A stretch of 64,000 bases of DNA from Hydrolagus affinis (lineage: Eukaryota). The stretch is from the NCBI GenBank assembly GCA_012026655.1, contig JAAILG010000650.1, forward strand, positions 1 through 64,000, in the 5' to 3' direction. Below, in pieces: positions 1 to 12,223 of this stretch. The notes beneath the pieces were generated by a model. It was given only the letters and a program-made list of their open reading frames with translations, ran no database searches and was not told where the DNA came from. How positions within the stretch are numbered: the first letter of the stretch is position 1; each line of letters starts with the position of its first letter. The position numbers and the translations under genes were made by a program.

Positions 1-455
1 TGGCTATCTGAGGAATGTCATACCAGCCATTTAAATGGTCTAGGACTTCATAAATAATACTGTATGCTCTCCAGTAAGTTATAATTTGGAGTTTCGATTC
101 CCTGGGTCTGTGGTTGATCCATTGCAGCCGTGAAGCTCCAAATGAGACTTTAAGAATTGAATCCTTTCCCACCATCATTAATTCCATGTATTTGCTCCCC
201 CTTTTATTATTGAGTTAGTGTCTGCAGTAGCTGCAAGTAAAATATGGAATCCAAAAGAAGCTAAACCTACTCTGTAATTGCTCAACATTTTTCTGGCTGT
301 GATTGACTGGTGCAACTAAATGCCTCGTGGTATCACTGAATCGGCAGGTGGGATAGATTTAACAGTCCGGGAGAAAATAAAGTACTCTCTTGCACACTAT
401 GCCACAAAACAAAAGCACTGTTAACCTACAGGAAACAGGACACAACACAATTCGA

Positions 456-546
456 GAGCTGCAGTGAGAGCTCTAAGAGCCAGTGCAGACTGAATGGACC
501 AATTGGCCTCCTTCTGTGCTGTAAATTCCTCTGATTCTTTGAATGA
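456..546 (+). mobile_element. CR1-type (HER1/HE1-like) 3' tail fragment
   Basis: gagccagtgcagactgaatggaccaattggcctccttctgtgctgtaaattcctctgattct matches the copy at 61920-62031 and the remembered shark CR1/HE1 tail (tggcctccttctgtgctgta followed by a ttctatga-type repeat). Confidence 0.7.
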
Positions 547-1268
547 TCTTAGTGGCACAAGTGAGCTCGACATAATTTTAGTCAAACTGATGTGAATAAC
601 AGATTGAGTCACACAGAATGAATGCTTTAGGCCCACATGCCCAGCGATCAATCTGCGTGCTGCAAACTCCAATGGGAACTAAACAGAGGTGAGGTGATTG
701 TGATTTAACATCGGATAATAGAGATGGGGAAAGCAGCCAAAAATGATTCATCTCTCCTGCTCTGGCCACAGAAGCAGAATAAAGAAGTGTTGAGCCATGT
801 CAATCACTTGCCATTGGGTTGTCTTGCTGCCTTGAAAGGTTTTGATATCTGCACATCCACTGTAAGAAGTCAGTGTGTTTTTGATTATATTCAAGTTTCA
901 CTCACAAGTAACAAGCAGTTCAAAAGGTCTTAAATTGTACACACCACGGATTTGTCTGATTTGTTGGATATTCTTGGAGTAGATTTCTGCATAGAGGCTT
1001 ATCATAGCTCTCCCAAATCCGCTTTTATTTAATTCCAGCCTAGCATCAGTCTTAACAGTGTTCAATATAATAAAGGTTAGTGGTTTCCAGAACAAATGTA
1101 GACGTATTAAATCCTTTAACAGACATTTGTTTAATCCAGTGTATAACAAAATATTGAGCGACAATCGAAAAACCCGACAGAGTATTTGTTAACTCAGCTC
1201 CTGTACACCATGTATCAACCACTGTATTAATTTTACAATTGCTCATTTCTAAACAAACAGATTATAAT

Positions 1269-1540
1269 TAATAACGATAATCCTTGCATTTGGTATAGAG
1301 CTCTTCATGTCTTCTAGCCATCTCAAAGCATTTCACTGAATATACTGTAAAGTGAATTGACTGGATACTTGTGGGCAAAACGCGGCAGCCAATTCGAACA
1401 GCAGAGTCCCACAAACAGTGGTGAATTGAAATGACCGATTTATTATTTTTTTCTTGAGGGATTATTATCAGGCGTGTGGAATCAAACTCAGGTCTCTCGC
1501 TCGTAAAGCGAGTGCTCTAACCACTGAGCTGCAGTACTAC
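1269..1540 (-). mobile_element. Young tRNA-derived SINE (C. milii SINE2-like), near full length with internal deletion
   Basis: Minus strand reads A box gcagctcagtggttagagcactcgc, degenerate B box, shared body, L2-type tail and (TTA)n end. About 35 bp present in other copies is missing. Confidence 0.9.
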
Positions 1541-1716
1541 ACGGATTAAAAGGTGAAGTCAAGCTCATAAAATCTCAAAATAAGACATGGAGGAATCAGC
1601 GAGTAATACAGAACTGTGCAGAAACCAAATTTGGTAAAAACAAAACTCCCGCATTGTGTCTCGACCATGTCTCATATCTTTCATCATCAAACAGCAATTT
1701 CTTTGCCAAATTGCTA

Positions 1717-1761
1717 GGGTTCTGATCATTGGGTTCTGCGCCGATGACTGATTAAGTGTTT
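1717..1761 (+). repeat. 45-bp dispersed direct repeat, copy 1
   Basis: gggttctgatcattgggttctgcgccgatgactgattaagtgttt; 43/45 identical to 3298-3342. Confidence 0.95.
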
Positions 1762-2024
1762 TTCTAAATATTTCTCAAGCTGCGAGTCAGATAGTGATCG
1801 GGAGTCTGGTGTGGTGCCATGTTGATGTACCAGTGCGTTATAGCATGGAATGATAGTGCAGCAGATATCTGTGCATGATTTCCCACGTGGTCAGATTTCA
1901 GTTTCATTGTGTACCAGAGGAGGATCTGAGGAGAGGTGAAGCATTTCCCCCAAAACTAAAACAACAAATATTGGACTGCGGGTTCACTCTCATATTCTCC
2001 AGATCCGGTTACAAAACAAAATAA

Positions 2025-2197
2025 TTCAGTCGCTCAATCCATGACTGTTTGAGGGACACCGCTGTGCGCAATTGGTTGCTGCGTTTCACCCACAAAATAT
2101 ACAATCGATTTGCTTTACAGTATATCTTGTGAAGTGCTTTGAGATGTCTCAAAGACATGCTAAGGTACTGTATCAAAAGTATGGATTATTATTATTA
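2025..2197 (+). mobile_element. SINE 3' half (5'-truncated)
   Basis: caatccatgactgtttgagggacaccgctgtgcgcaattggttgctgcg...gtgaagtgctttgagatgtct...ggattattattatt aligns with the full-length copies. Confidence 0.88.
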
Positions 2198-3297
2198 CAG
2201 ATCAGCACCTCAAGCGCAGTGCTATTAACTGTAAAAAATAAGCAGGTGATGAGGACAAGTAATATTTTTCATGAATTAAAAATTGCAATACTGTATGATG
2301 CTTCCTGATGTAATTGCTATTAAGGCGTAAACAGAAAGGTGAGACCTCTGAGCCATGTGACAAACACCAACTATCATACAACCACAGCTGTTCTCTGGCG
2401 TTCTGTAAAGGGAAGGTCACACATGCGTTAATCCCGATGAATTGAATAAGGCCTAAAACCCCTCAGTTTAGCTTAAAAATTGAACAATTTTTGGTGCAAA
2501 AAGAGTACAATTTAATCCTTATAGAACCGGGCTTCAGTTGAAAGATTTCACGCTTTGATTAGATTCCTTTCGATTTCCATTTTTCACTGTCGAAATACTC
2601 CATCAGGTTTAATACTCCTTAACTTTAGGGATTAGATAAAATAATATTGAGGTGTCAGTTCAACTCAGACCTCATTCTGCGACTGCACTTACTAGTTAAC
2701 TTCTGACTTGGGGGTCAGAGAGAGGGGAGCACCAATAAGCTCTGCTAACTGGGCGATGATAACATTGTATTAGATACTTAATACCACCTTTTTTTTTATC
2801 TGTTCTTCAGAATAAAATGGTAGCAGTGTTTGCTATCACACTATTGGTTTCAGAGGATTTAGCCTTGAAAGGCTTATTAAATATTGCCACGCTGACTCAA
2901 AGAGTTATCTATTGCAGCAGGGTGTTAAACCAGATCACTGCAAGCGGTCTTTGAAGTCTGATGAGAACAGTGTGTGAGGTAGAAAGCTAATAATAAATCC
3001 ACTGAGTATCAAATGTTCTGACAAATTTGACAATGGATTATCTGGAGCTAAGTTTTATTCAATGCATAATAAACCATAGCAAAGCAACTAAACAGATCAG
3101 CTACAGTGTAAGAAAAGATAACTGATCTCTTCACCTTCGCTATCCCGAGTGTGGGTTCTGCTGCTCACATACCTAAACACAAGCGCAAACGAAAAGGTCT
3201 AATTTTCGCCTGGCAGCAACTACAAAGGAGGTTTAAATCTCCTTTGTCGAACACTTTGCAGAACACATTCAGCTTATTTTGTCCATTCGCCTGGCAG

Positions 3298-3342
3298 GGG
3301 TTCTGATCATTGGGTTCTGCACTGATGACTGATTAAGTGTTT
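3298..3342 (+). repeat. 45-bp dispersed direct repeat, copy 2
   Basis: gggttctgatcattgggttctgcactgatgactgattaagtgttt; differs from copy 1 only at two CpG positions. Confidence 0.95.
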
Positions 3343-3499
3343 GAGAAACAATGTAGTGCACCTTCTGATGAATAGACACTGGTTTTGAATTGAACTTTGT
3401 ACCCACTCCCACCAGACTAACGGGGTAAAACATATGGAAAGTATTGGGAGTAGAGCTTGTGCCTCATTGTTTCATTTCACGGCATCTCTTTGTGATTTG

Positions 3500-3566
3500 A
3501 GCGCCTTGGGACGTCCTCCCAATGTGAAAGGCACTATATAAATGTAATTTGGATTGATTGATTGAT
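3500..3566 (+). mobile_element. L2 LINE extreme 3' tail, (GATT)n-ended
   Basis: agcgccttgggacgtcctcccaatgtgaaaggcactatataaatgtaatttggattgattgattgat; same stem-loop tail as 30196 and 54699. Confidence 0.8.
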
Positions 3567-4249
3567 GTTTAATCCACATTTCTCCATATCCACAGATACA
3601 TTGACTACACAAGTATCTATCTTCATTTTAAACACTTACAGAAAACCTGGATAACCTTCCCCCCATCTTAGCGCTCGTACCACAAATTCCAGGGTTAGAT
3701 CAAACACATCACTACAAGATGCAAACCTCAACCCTCCCTCCATCTATGGAGGTGAACTCTGTGCTTGTCAATGTAAGGTATCTTTTCACTCTTCATAATG
3801 AAGCACTTTTGCATTCAGTTTAAGCATCAAACACAATCACATCGGTACAGCTGAGGGTAGTCGGAAGAGAAATCTATTTCCGCACAAATCAAAGAATAGA
3901 GTGAAATACAATTCTTAACTGATTCAATGTTTTACCAAATCTGTTTTAAAAATATTACCCAGTTGACAATTAAAGACTAGCTGTGAGTATGAACCTGCTC
4001 CCCCGCTACCACACACACACAAAAAAACTGCCTATTAAGGTTGTGTTAAAGTTCCTGATTTCACCCTGAAATCCTGGGATCTGAATAGGCAGCAGGAACA
4101 AAGGGCTACCAATAACATTAGCCAAATAGCATTTGGGCAAAACCATTTGAAGAAAGTCAGCGGAGGTATTCCTGTGTTGAAGTTATCAACTGGATTGTTT
4201 CTAGGTGTGGGAATGGCCCACAATCTGATAATTATCACACACTGTATTT

Positions 4250-4712
4250 TGACTCCTGTATCTCACCGTACTCCTAGATCTCACTGTTCCTCAATATCAT
4301 TATGAGCCTTGTTTACTATTTAGGGTATACCACACCTTCTTTCTTTGTTCTTTTCCACTAAAATTTAGAATCATGATTTAGAATCAGCATCTTCGGATGT
4401 CCGCCCAGCGTGAAAGGTGCTCTTTAAATGTAATTTTGTTGTTATTGTAAAATATCCAACTTAACATTTTGTAACATTAATCTTCATGTGCCACCCATTT
4501 GCCCACTCTCCTACACAGTTTATGTCTACTGCATGTTCTTGATTCTTCCTCACAGTTTGCCAATACTCTGTAATTTAGAATCATCAGAATATTTAGACCT
4601 CATTCACCTTTTTGCCCATTTCCAAATCATTAATATAGATGGAAAATAATAAAGATCCCTGCGAAGATCCCTTGGGTATGTCACTAACTACATTCAGCCA
4701 TTCTGAGAAACA
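4250..4712 (-). mobile_element. Decayed CR1 LINE reverse transcriptase fragment
   Basis: Minus-strand translation across frameshifts and stops gives FSEWLNVVSDIPKGSSQGSLLFSIYINDL / KYSDDSKL / VGEWANGWHMKINVTKC / EEQ*DLGV. These correspond to CR1 RT motifs GVPQGSVLGPLLF.IYINDL, KFADDTKL, W..KFN..KC and EE.DLGV. Confidence 0.85.
4386..4447 (+). mobile_element. L2 3' tail nested inside the CR1 fragment
   Basis: agcatcttcggatgtccgcccagcgtgaaaggtgctctttaaatgtaattttgttgttattg; the insertion is flanked by taaaat at 4359 and 4448. Confidence 0.78.
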
Positions 4713-5453
4713 TCCATTTACTATAGGTCAGAGGTCCACAGCCAAATTACATGACCATACATTGATTGTTGTCTGGAGCCTACCATCGAGCGAAGGATTT
4801 TTCAATGACATGTTTAATGTTTTTGTGGCATAAAAAGGCGTACAAAATCATCCTTCATTCTACAACTTTCCAACCTCTGATTACCTGGCCGTAGTGCTAT
4901 CATTGCAACTGTATCAGCCATCGGCATTCAATAACTCCAAATTATAATAAAAATAAATGACAGTTGCAAAAGTAAGAGGCTGCAGTCTTAACTGCTTCTG
5001 CGTTGTGCACGAGGTTAGATTTATGCATCACATTTACAAGTAAATGTGTGTGGTTGTTTTATCTCAGAAGTTAAACTGTTCTTTTGCAGTGATGACAAGT
5101 AGCTAAAAGTGTATTTCAATGGCAGACGAGCACGATTATGCTTGTATTTCATCGATTTCACGTCCGTTAACATTCCCGGTTCAATGATGCAGATTACTGT
5201 ATTATCATTTATTAAAATATGATGGGAAATATTTTACCTGCAAAGAAAACATAAACATGGCTTTATATCTTATGAACAATTGTCAGGGTACTCTGAAAAT
5301 GAACGCTGGAACATGTACAGCCTTGATTCATTTATAGAGTAGTTCTTTAATGGGTAGTATGTGTGTATTATGTGTGATACTGTGCGTGTATCACAGGGTC
5401 ATAAAAATGCATACATTGGCCCACACTTTTGGTCACAACCTTACTGTGTCAGG

Positions 5454-5488
5454 GAGTACATGTGAAACAATGAGTACATGTGAAACAA
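5454..5488. repeat. Tandem duplication, 18-bp unit x2
   Basis: gagtacatgtgaaacaat gagtacatgtgaaacaa. Confidence 0.9.
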
Positions 5489-8400
5489 ACTGAATGCTGA
5501 AAGACACCAGTGTGAATGTGGTCTAACCCCTATCATCACTGGGACCTGTGTCATGGCATTTCCTGTCGTAAAAAAGGCATTTGAGTTGTTTTCTTTTGAA
5601 CTGTAATGATAATGCCAGTGATTACTTTTAAGAAATGATTCCCAGTGGTAGGGTTATTTTTCTTTAAGCATTAGAGGATTGACAGGCACTGCGTACTCAT
5701 GCAAGCTCAATAACAATTTATGCAATGAATGGGACATAACGAATGATTTGTTGCATGTAAACAGAAAGTCACTCCAATCTCTGAGTGCACGCTGAGGTAG
5801 ATGGATGCTTGGCTGGGTCTGTCATTTATCTATCAAAATCAGATTTATTTAAATAAACCAAAGCACGGAAATCACTTAAAGAGATGAATATTGTGCACTC
5901 CATGGAGAGTGGCTACAATTTACAGCTGTGACAATTGTTCTTACGGTGACATTTTGCACCACGTAGGTCCAGGTTTGCGCTAAACCGCTTGTTGTATTTC
6001 AATCCGGTTGAATCTTTTGGCCTGAATAATTTGCTCCAGTTTTCAGATAACAATTTTAGGCAAATGCTTCCCCTCCCCCCCACCCCTTCCCCCATCTTTC
6101 CTCTAAAAGAGAAGTCTCCATGCTTAAGTGCTCTTGGTGAACTTTGGTTAATTGCCACCCACTGGCAATTAGGGTTGGGTGAGGTGGGGCATTTTGCCCT
6201 TCACTAGTTGGATATCGTAATTCGAAATGAGCACATCATATTTTAGGCAAAAAACAAATGAGAATAACCCTGAAAATGTATTCGGAATGGAATGCAAATT
6301 GCTCTGTGCTTGGGTAGAGCGAAAATCAATCAATGTGCCTGCTCATGATTGCTATCCAGTCACTCTTGCAAGAAAGTACTTTGTGTGTGGACACTGGTTA
6401 AGACAGAACACTTGGTCAGTACGACTCCCTTGGTGGAAATGCAGGTATGGCGATTTGCTTGAGGGACTAGATGGCATTCAGCACCCAGGGACTAAATCTT
6501 CAGAAGGACTGAGACATTCAAGAGGGAAGGATGAAAAAATAATTGGAAACAAAAAAAAACCTTAGGTCCTTCCTGCGTTATTTGGTAGTCAGCTTATTAT
6601 TGCACATGGAATTTCCAGTATTAGTGTTAACAATAATAATAATTAATATTCTACCACACTCAAGTGTGAGTGACTGTATAAATAAATATATAAATGCAAG
6701 TCGTTGTTTTTCGCATTAGCAAACAATTCAAGTTCAACTCTTTGTTTCACAGAGAATAAGTAAAACCGCATTTTAACTCTTCTGTCATTTAATAATAATA
6801 AACTAAATTATTGCTTAATCACAGGTAGCAGTATAGTGTTTAACATTTATGATGCAATGATACAATGATGTTGTGATCTGCAAAGTATACTTTTTTATAC
6901 AAACCATGTGTTGCTCCTTATGATCATGTTAAATTGCATATTATTTTCGGCATTGAGTGTAGGTCTAACATTTGATCACATTCTGGAAGGATGAGGTCAA
7001 ATGGCTTTTGCAATCCATCCCTCTCTTGTGATCTCTTGTGATCACAGCTGCTTCCTACCCCAACCAGCGAGGAACCAGTGCAGTGGCAGATGATGCATCT
7101 ACACAGCACAATAGTTCACATTTAATTTTTCATTCAAATTAGCTTCAAACTGAAAACATTTTTCATGTCAGAACATGATCAGTGTTGCAATAATGTCACA
7201 ACATGGAACCAATTAAATCACTGTCCACTCCTATTTACTGACCATCTTGTAAGAGAGACAAGAATGCTCCCCTTTTAATATGGAAGTATTTCAACTAAAC
7301 AGATGGACAGGAACCAGCTTAGCAGTGAGTGATTCGAGGCCTCACTAAAAAAAACTAAATCCCCTTGAGAAGGAGTCTAAGGGTGTTTTGAGATTGCAAA
7401 AATCAAACATTGTCAATATAAAAATATAAATAAAACCAGAAATATTCAATAGACATTATGCTATAAGCACTCTCTGTGCTACAGTGATGTCCAAAATACA
7501 TTTGAGGATCTATTTGATTTCTTCATTTCACTTTTAAGCTCTTAGTGAGAGCTGAGGGCTGATTGACTGGTTTCTCGAGCCTTGTTTAAGTGGGAACACG
7601 AGTCCAGATTTGTTCGTTTACCTTAGGCAAAGCTATGAACAATGCCAATTCACCAAGCAGGGCTCGACTTTGTGAAGTCAAACACGCAGTTAGCAGGGTG
7701 CACATATGCTGCTGTGGACTTTACAATAATGATGCATATTTTTCCTCTGAAAATAACTTCCATATGTTTGCTGGCACAAAAGCAAATAGCGAGGAACTAG
7801 AAGCAATCTTCTCCTCCTCCATGGTTTCAATCAGTCACAAACGTATTGAAGGAACAACTGCCGCTCCTCGGTTACTTCCATTGAAATATTATCTTGTAAC
7901 TCTGGGAAGAATAAAACTAATCTGCACTTTAGATCTGCAGTCCCTCTAAAACCCATACGACTGTGACTTACAGAGCCCAAGGTGCTAAACACAGGCCATG
8001 CTGTCTTGGTGGATAAGCCATCCAGCAATAAAAAAGTACATTTTATTTCATTTTGCACTTCAATCATGGTGAAAATGAATTAAATCCAGATGATAAGGTA
8101 GTAAATGTTTTATACCGGCTGCCACTGGTAATTTCTCTAGCTCTCTGATGGTGATTTGTCTCCAGCTGAAGTCCCGGTGCAGCAAGGCTAGGATTTTACA
8201 GATGAATTATAGCACTAGCCGACTACACCATCCCTTTAGCACTCAAACTTGGTCCTAGCAGTTTGCTGAGGCTGGCTGGCCGTCTGTCGAGGTCTCAGCC
8301 TGGCAAAAAAAAATACTGGTAGAAGTTATTGATGACTTTATCCGGGTGAAATACTAAAAATGCATCACCATACGTGGTTCTGTTTGTAATGCCGACAATA

Positions 8401-10227
8401 AATATGATAACAATCGCCACACATCACTGAGGAAGGCACTTTGTCTCCGTAGTGTACAGTAAATTGAATCATCCATATTTATTTTCTCCCACTGAGGACC
8501 CATTTGTTGCATTGCTACTTTTAAAAGGGTTCTCGTAAATAAGAAATACAACACCAATCGAAACAAAAGTGGAATGCAAGCAATTGCTGCATCTAATCTG
8601 CCAAATACTTTTTAAGGCTTTGCTTACAGTTCGTTTACCAGGTTCCTCCTTTGTACCGTCAAACCGTACAATTTGTCACAGAAGTTGTTTTGAGAATCTT
8701 TCTAAAATGGATGCATTTAATTGACACCTGACATCAATCTGCCGACTCCGTTTAAACTCTCGGACGACAGAAATGGAAATCCAGGTTTCGTCAAGTGAAA
8801 CGCATTATTTAATGAAGCCTTTGTAAAACGCATGAAAAGTGACATATGTCGAATGTGACACTAAAATATAGACCGCATTCTAAACATTATAATTGTCACA
8901 TTGCTTAATCCACTTCTGGCATCTGGCCGGCGCATCTTCAGAAGCACCTTTTTGAAATCATTACATTATTTCCATCAAATGTTCTGTGATGCATAAAATA
9001 GCAACAATAAAAGCAATATAGATGTGTTCCATTTACAATTTGAAGATGGGCGCTTCAAGTTCCCCCTCCCGCTCACTGACAAAACATACATTGGTCTGAT
9101 ACAGTAAGACATTATTGATAAATCCGAGCCGAGATCCACTCTTTACAATTGGGTGACTTTCAAACCCAAATTTCAAACTGTGCCCAGAATAAAATTCTTC
9201 ATGGGCCACATGTTAAGTGATGATAAGTGTATTCACTTGACTTGCTGATCCACACTTTGCATTTTGTGCTTGTAATGCTTATATATCTACGAAATAACCT
9301 AATAAAAATATTAAAGTTTTCGAATAACAAAGGCACTGGATCAGTCAAAAGTGCTAAATTTTTGAACTTTTTGCAGATACCACAGTTAGGTTTTCACTCG
9401 TGACACAGTGTCTAGTAAAAGGCTTTTTATTTTTCCATTCATTTATCAATGTGATCTGTATCAGTGCAACGAGAAAAGAAGAACTGGAAGGTTCATTTTG
9501 CCGATTAACCAGGGCCAGTTAATTCCCTTCTTGGGGGACATAAAGTAACATCAGTTTTGCTTGTCGCCTAGGTCTCTGTGTTCCTGTTTCATTAGTTCCT
9601 CGGAATCTGAATCCATCTCCTCCTGTTACTCATCAGTTTGTCCTCAATTTCAATATGATACATCGCAACATGGAGGGTGATTGATTGCAATGCGGAATGG
9701 CAGGAAGGTTGCCTGAGGCCATGGTTCTCAGCTTTGTTAACAGCACCTCCTCACAGGAAAAATTGGAGGGCCTTACTTTAGGCTACACATGCATGGCTGC
9801 AGCGGCCAGTTATGCAGCAGCGTTGACAATGGGAAGAGGTCAAACGCCAGGCCTTGTAGCCGCATGTGGTGCATGACACAAGGAGATATCAGAGAGAAAG
9901 AGGCAGAAAAGTGCAAATGAATAGTTTCCCCCTCAAAAAAAAACAAATCCACTTCTTAACATTGGTCGCCTCAGACACTCCACCAAGTCAATTTCCCCGG
10001 TGTCTTCATCAGCGCTTGAACTAACCCAACAAGATCAATAGGATTGGACCCTGATAATACAAAATTACAACAAAATTGTATTATGCCTTTCATGTTGGAA
10101 AGATGTCCCAAGATGCTGAAATGATCCTGATAATCATCCTCTTTGCTTGAGTAATCAGACATGTACTTTGATATTGTGTTGTGGCTGAGTTGCTGATGGT
10201 GATATTGTGAACTGATGGTGATATTGT

Positions 10228-10519
10228 GGAGTCCTGTAGCTCAGTGGTTAGAGCACTCTCGCCTTGCAAGCGAGAGACCTGGGCTCAATCCCATACTCGG
10301 TGAAACTTTGGGCAAGTTTCCTTACTCCACACGCCCGATCATAATCCCTCCGAAAAAAAAATGGACCATTCCAATCCACAGCTGTTTGTGAGACACTGCT
10401 GTGTGCAATTGGCTGCTGCATTTCGCCCACATATATACAGTCAATTCACTTTACAGTATATTCTTCTAGACTCTAGAAGACGTGAAAAGTGCTCGATCAA
10501 ATGTGGGTATTATTATTAT
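10228..10519 (+). mobile_element. Young tRNA-derived SINE, full length
   Basis: ggagtcctgtagctcagtggttagagcactctcgccttgcaagcgagagacctgggctcaatccc head (A box, ctcgc-cttgcaa-gcgag anticodon-like arm, B box), body, tail and (TTA)n. Confidence 0.93.
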
Positions 10520-11169
10520 ACTGTATTATAAACATGATGACCCCACAGCTTGTTTCTCAAACTTATTTTTTATTATTACTCATGAATTCATTTCAGAATA
10601 TTAACAAAGGTGAATGGCTCTCTAACAACAAAACATTTAATCTGACCCAACAATTGCAGTTATTCAATTGTCATTCTGCCAGAACTCAGTGATAATGGTT
10701 TCATGACAAATCACTTAGCACAATGCATAATAATACGTTGGAAGGAACATATTGTAAGGCAGTTACAGAATTTAAGGGTTCAGATGATACCATAAAGCAT
10801 GAATGCAATGCTCCATGCATAGGTAGACTCAAAATGGGTAGGATAAATTATGTCATGTCATTGAGAGCAAAATTGAGGCCTCTTTGTTACATGTAAGAAT
10901 GAGATATATTTGCATAGAAAATGAGTTAAAGGCTACAAGATGGTTGGTTTTATCCCCAATGAAATACCTCATGAATCACTACATTACAGTACAATTATAT
11001 AAAGATTATTGCTTGAAACATTTCAGGTGACATCGTACACGACTAGAATGATGCTCTCGCAGATTATTAATGTATTCTGAACTCTTAAGACGATACTGTC
11101 TTGACTGTGCTTTTTAGTGCATGTACAATATTCACTCAAGTTTACAATTGAAAGGAGTGAACCTGTCTA

Positions 11170-11282
11170 GAAAATACACAGTCACTACATTTTGCAGTAC
11201 TGCATATCCTGTGAAGCATAATGAGATGTTGTTCTGATGTGAAAGACTCTATAATAACTCCAGGCAGGATTATTCTTATTTT
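11170..11282 (+). mobile_element. Old SINE 3' tail fragment
   Basis: aaaatacacagtcactacattttgcagt...cctgtgaagcataatgagatgtt...gatgtgaaagactctata resembles the DeuSINE tail at 31670-31775. Confidence 0.6.
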
Positions 11283-11825
11283 TGTGATTAAAAGTGTAAC
11301 CCATTTACAATGAAAGTATTTTCAATGAACACCAAAAGATGTTTGATTGTGTTAAGCTACTTCAAGAGCATTATTTACAATGCATTTATACACGGTTTTA
11401 TTTCACAGTATGCAATAGGGAAAGTGCATATCCAAGATGTAATTGTTTTGCTTTATCAACAGTGATAAATAAAATGCAGTACTGAACGCAACACTGTGCA
11501 TGAGTATCAATTTTGTCAAAAAATGTTTCCTCCACTTCAGGAATGAATCTTTATTTTTGCAACTTAGTTACTGCATCGAATTATTCTAACTGAGTCACCC
11601 TGTTGGTGGCAGTGCTGTTATTCGTATACATTAAATCATGTGTAACGGTAATAGTGAATAAGTGAAATACATGTGGATGGGACTGGTATGCTATGTATAT
11701 CTTTATAAATGTATTTTTAACACTTAAGGCATTGATTCAGACAAATGACAGTGGAAGAAGCAGGTCGATATTATAGATCTTAAAGTAAAATATAGTAACT
11801 TCCAGTCCAAATTGGCATGTTCACT

Positions 11826-11923
11826 AGAAAATATACAATCATTACACTTTACAGAATATGCGGTGAAGTGCTTTGAGACATTCCCCCAAAGGAAAAGCTC
11901 TATATCAATCGTAAGGATTATTT
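11826..11923 (+). mobile_element. Old SINE 3' tail fragment
   Basis: aaaatatacaatcattacactttacagaatatgcggtgaagtgctttgagacattc...aaaagctctatatcaatcgtaaggattatt. Confidence 0.65.
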
Positions 11924-12123
11924 AATGTTACGCAATTTCAATTTTGAGATTTTCTTTCCGTTTTATTTAATCATATCTCTATTGTCTGATTACTTTTCGC
12001 TATTTTTGAACTATTTATTCTCTTTTTTAACCTATCACTTCACTGTTAGTCAATCACAGGCCACATCAGAATGCATGGGGTTGGAAAAGACCATTGCACT
12101 CCTTGAGGATCTTAAAATAAACA

Positions 12124-12223
12124 NNNNNNNNNNNNNNNNNNNNNNNNNNNNNNNNNNNNNNNNNNNNNNNNNNNNNNNNNNNNNNNNNNNNNNNNNNNNN
12201 NNNNNNNNNNNNNNNNNNNNNNN
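12124..12223. other. Assembly gap (100 N)
   Basis: Run of exactly 100 n, a typical placeholder for a gap of unknown size. Confidence 0.99.

Noticed and set aside
3320-3335. tgatga followed by ctga as C/D snoRNA boxes
   Set aside because: The boxes abut with no guide region or terminal stem, and tgatga is absent from the CpG-intact copy at 1717.
10228-10300. tRNA-Ala(TGC)-like gene (also at 1540, 22539, 58225, 60205 and 63765)
   Set aside because: There is no 3' acceptor strand or terminator. The anticodon loop varies among copies (cttgcaa, cttacaa, ctcgcaa, tttacga), and each head runs into a SINE body.
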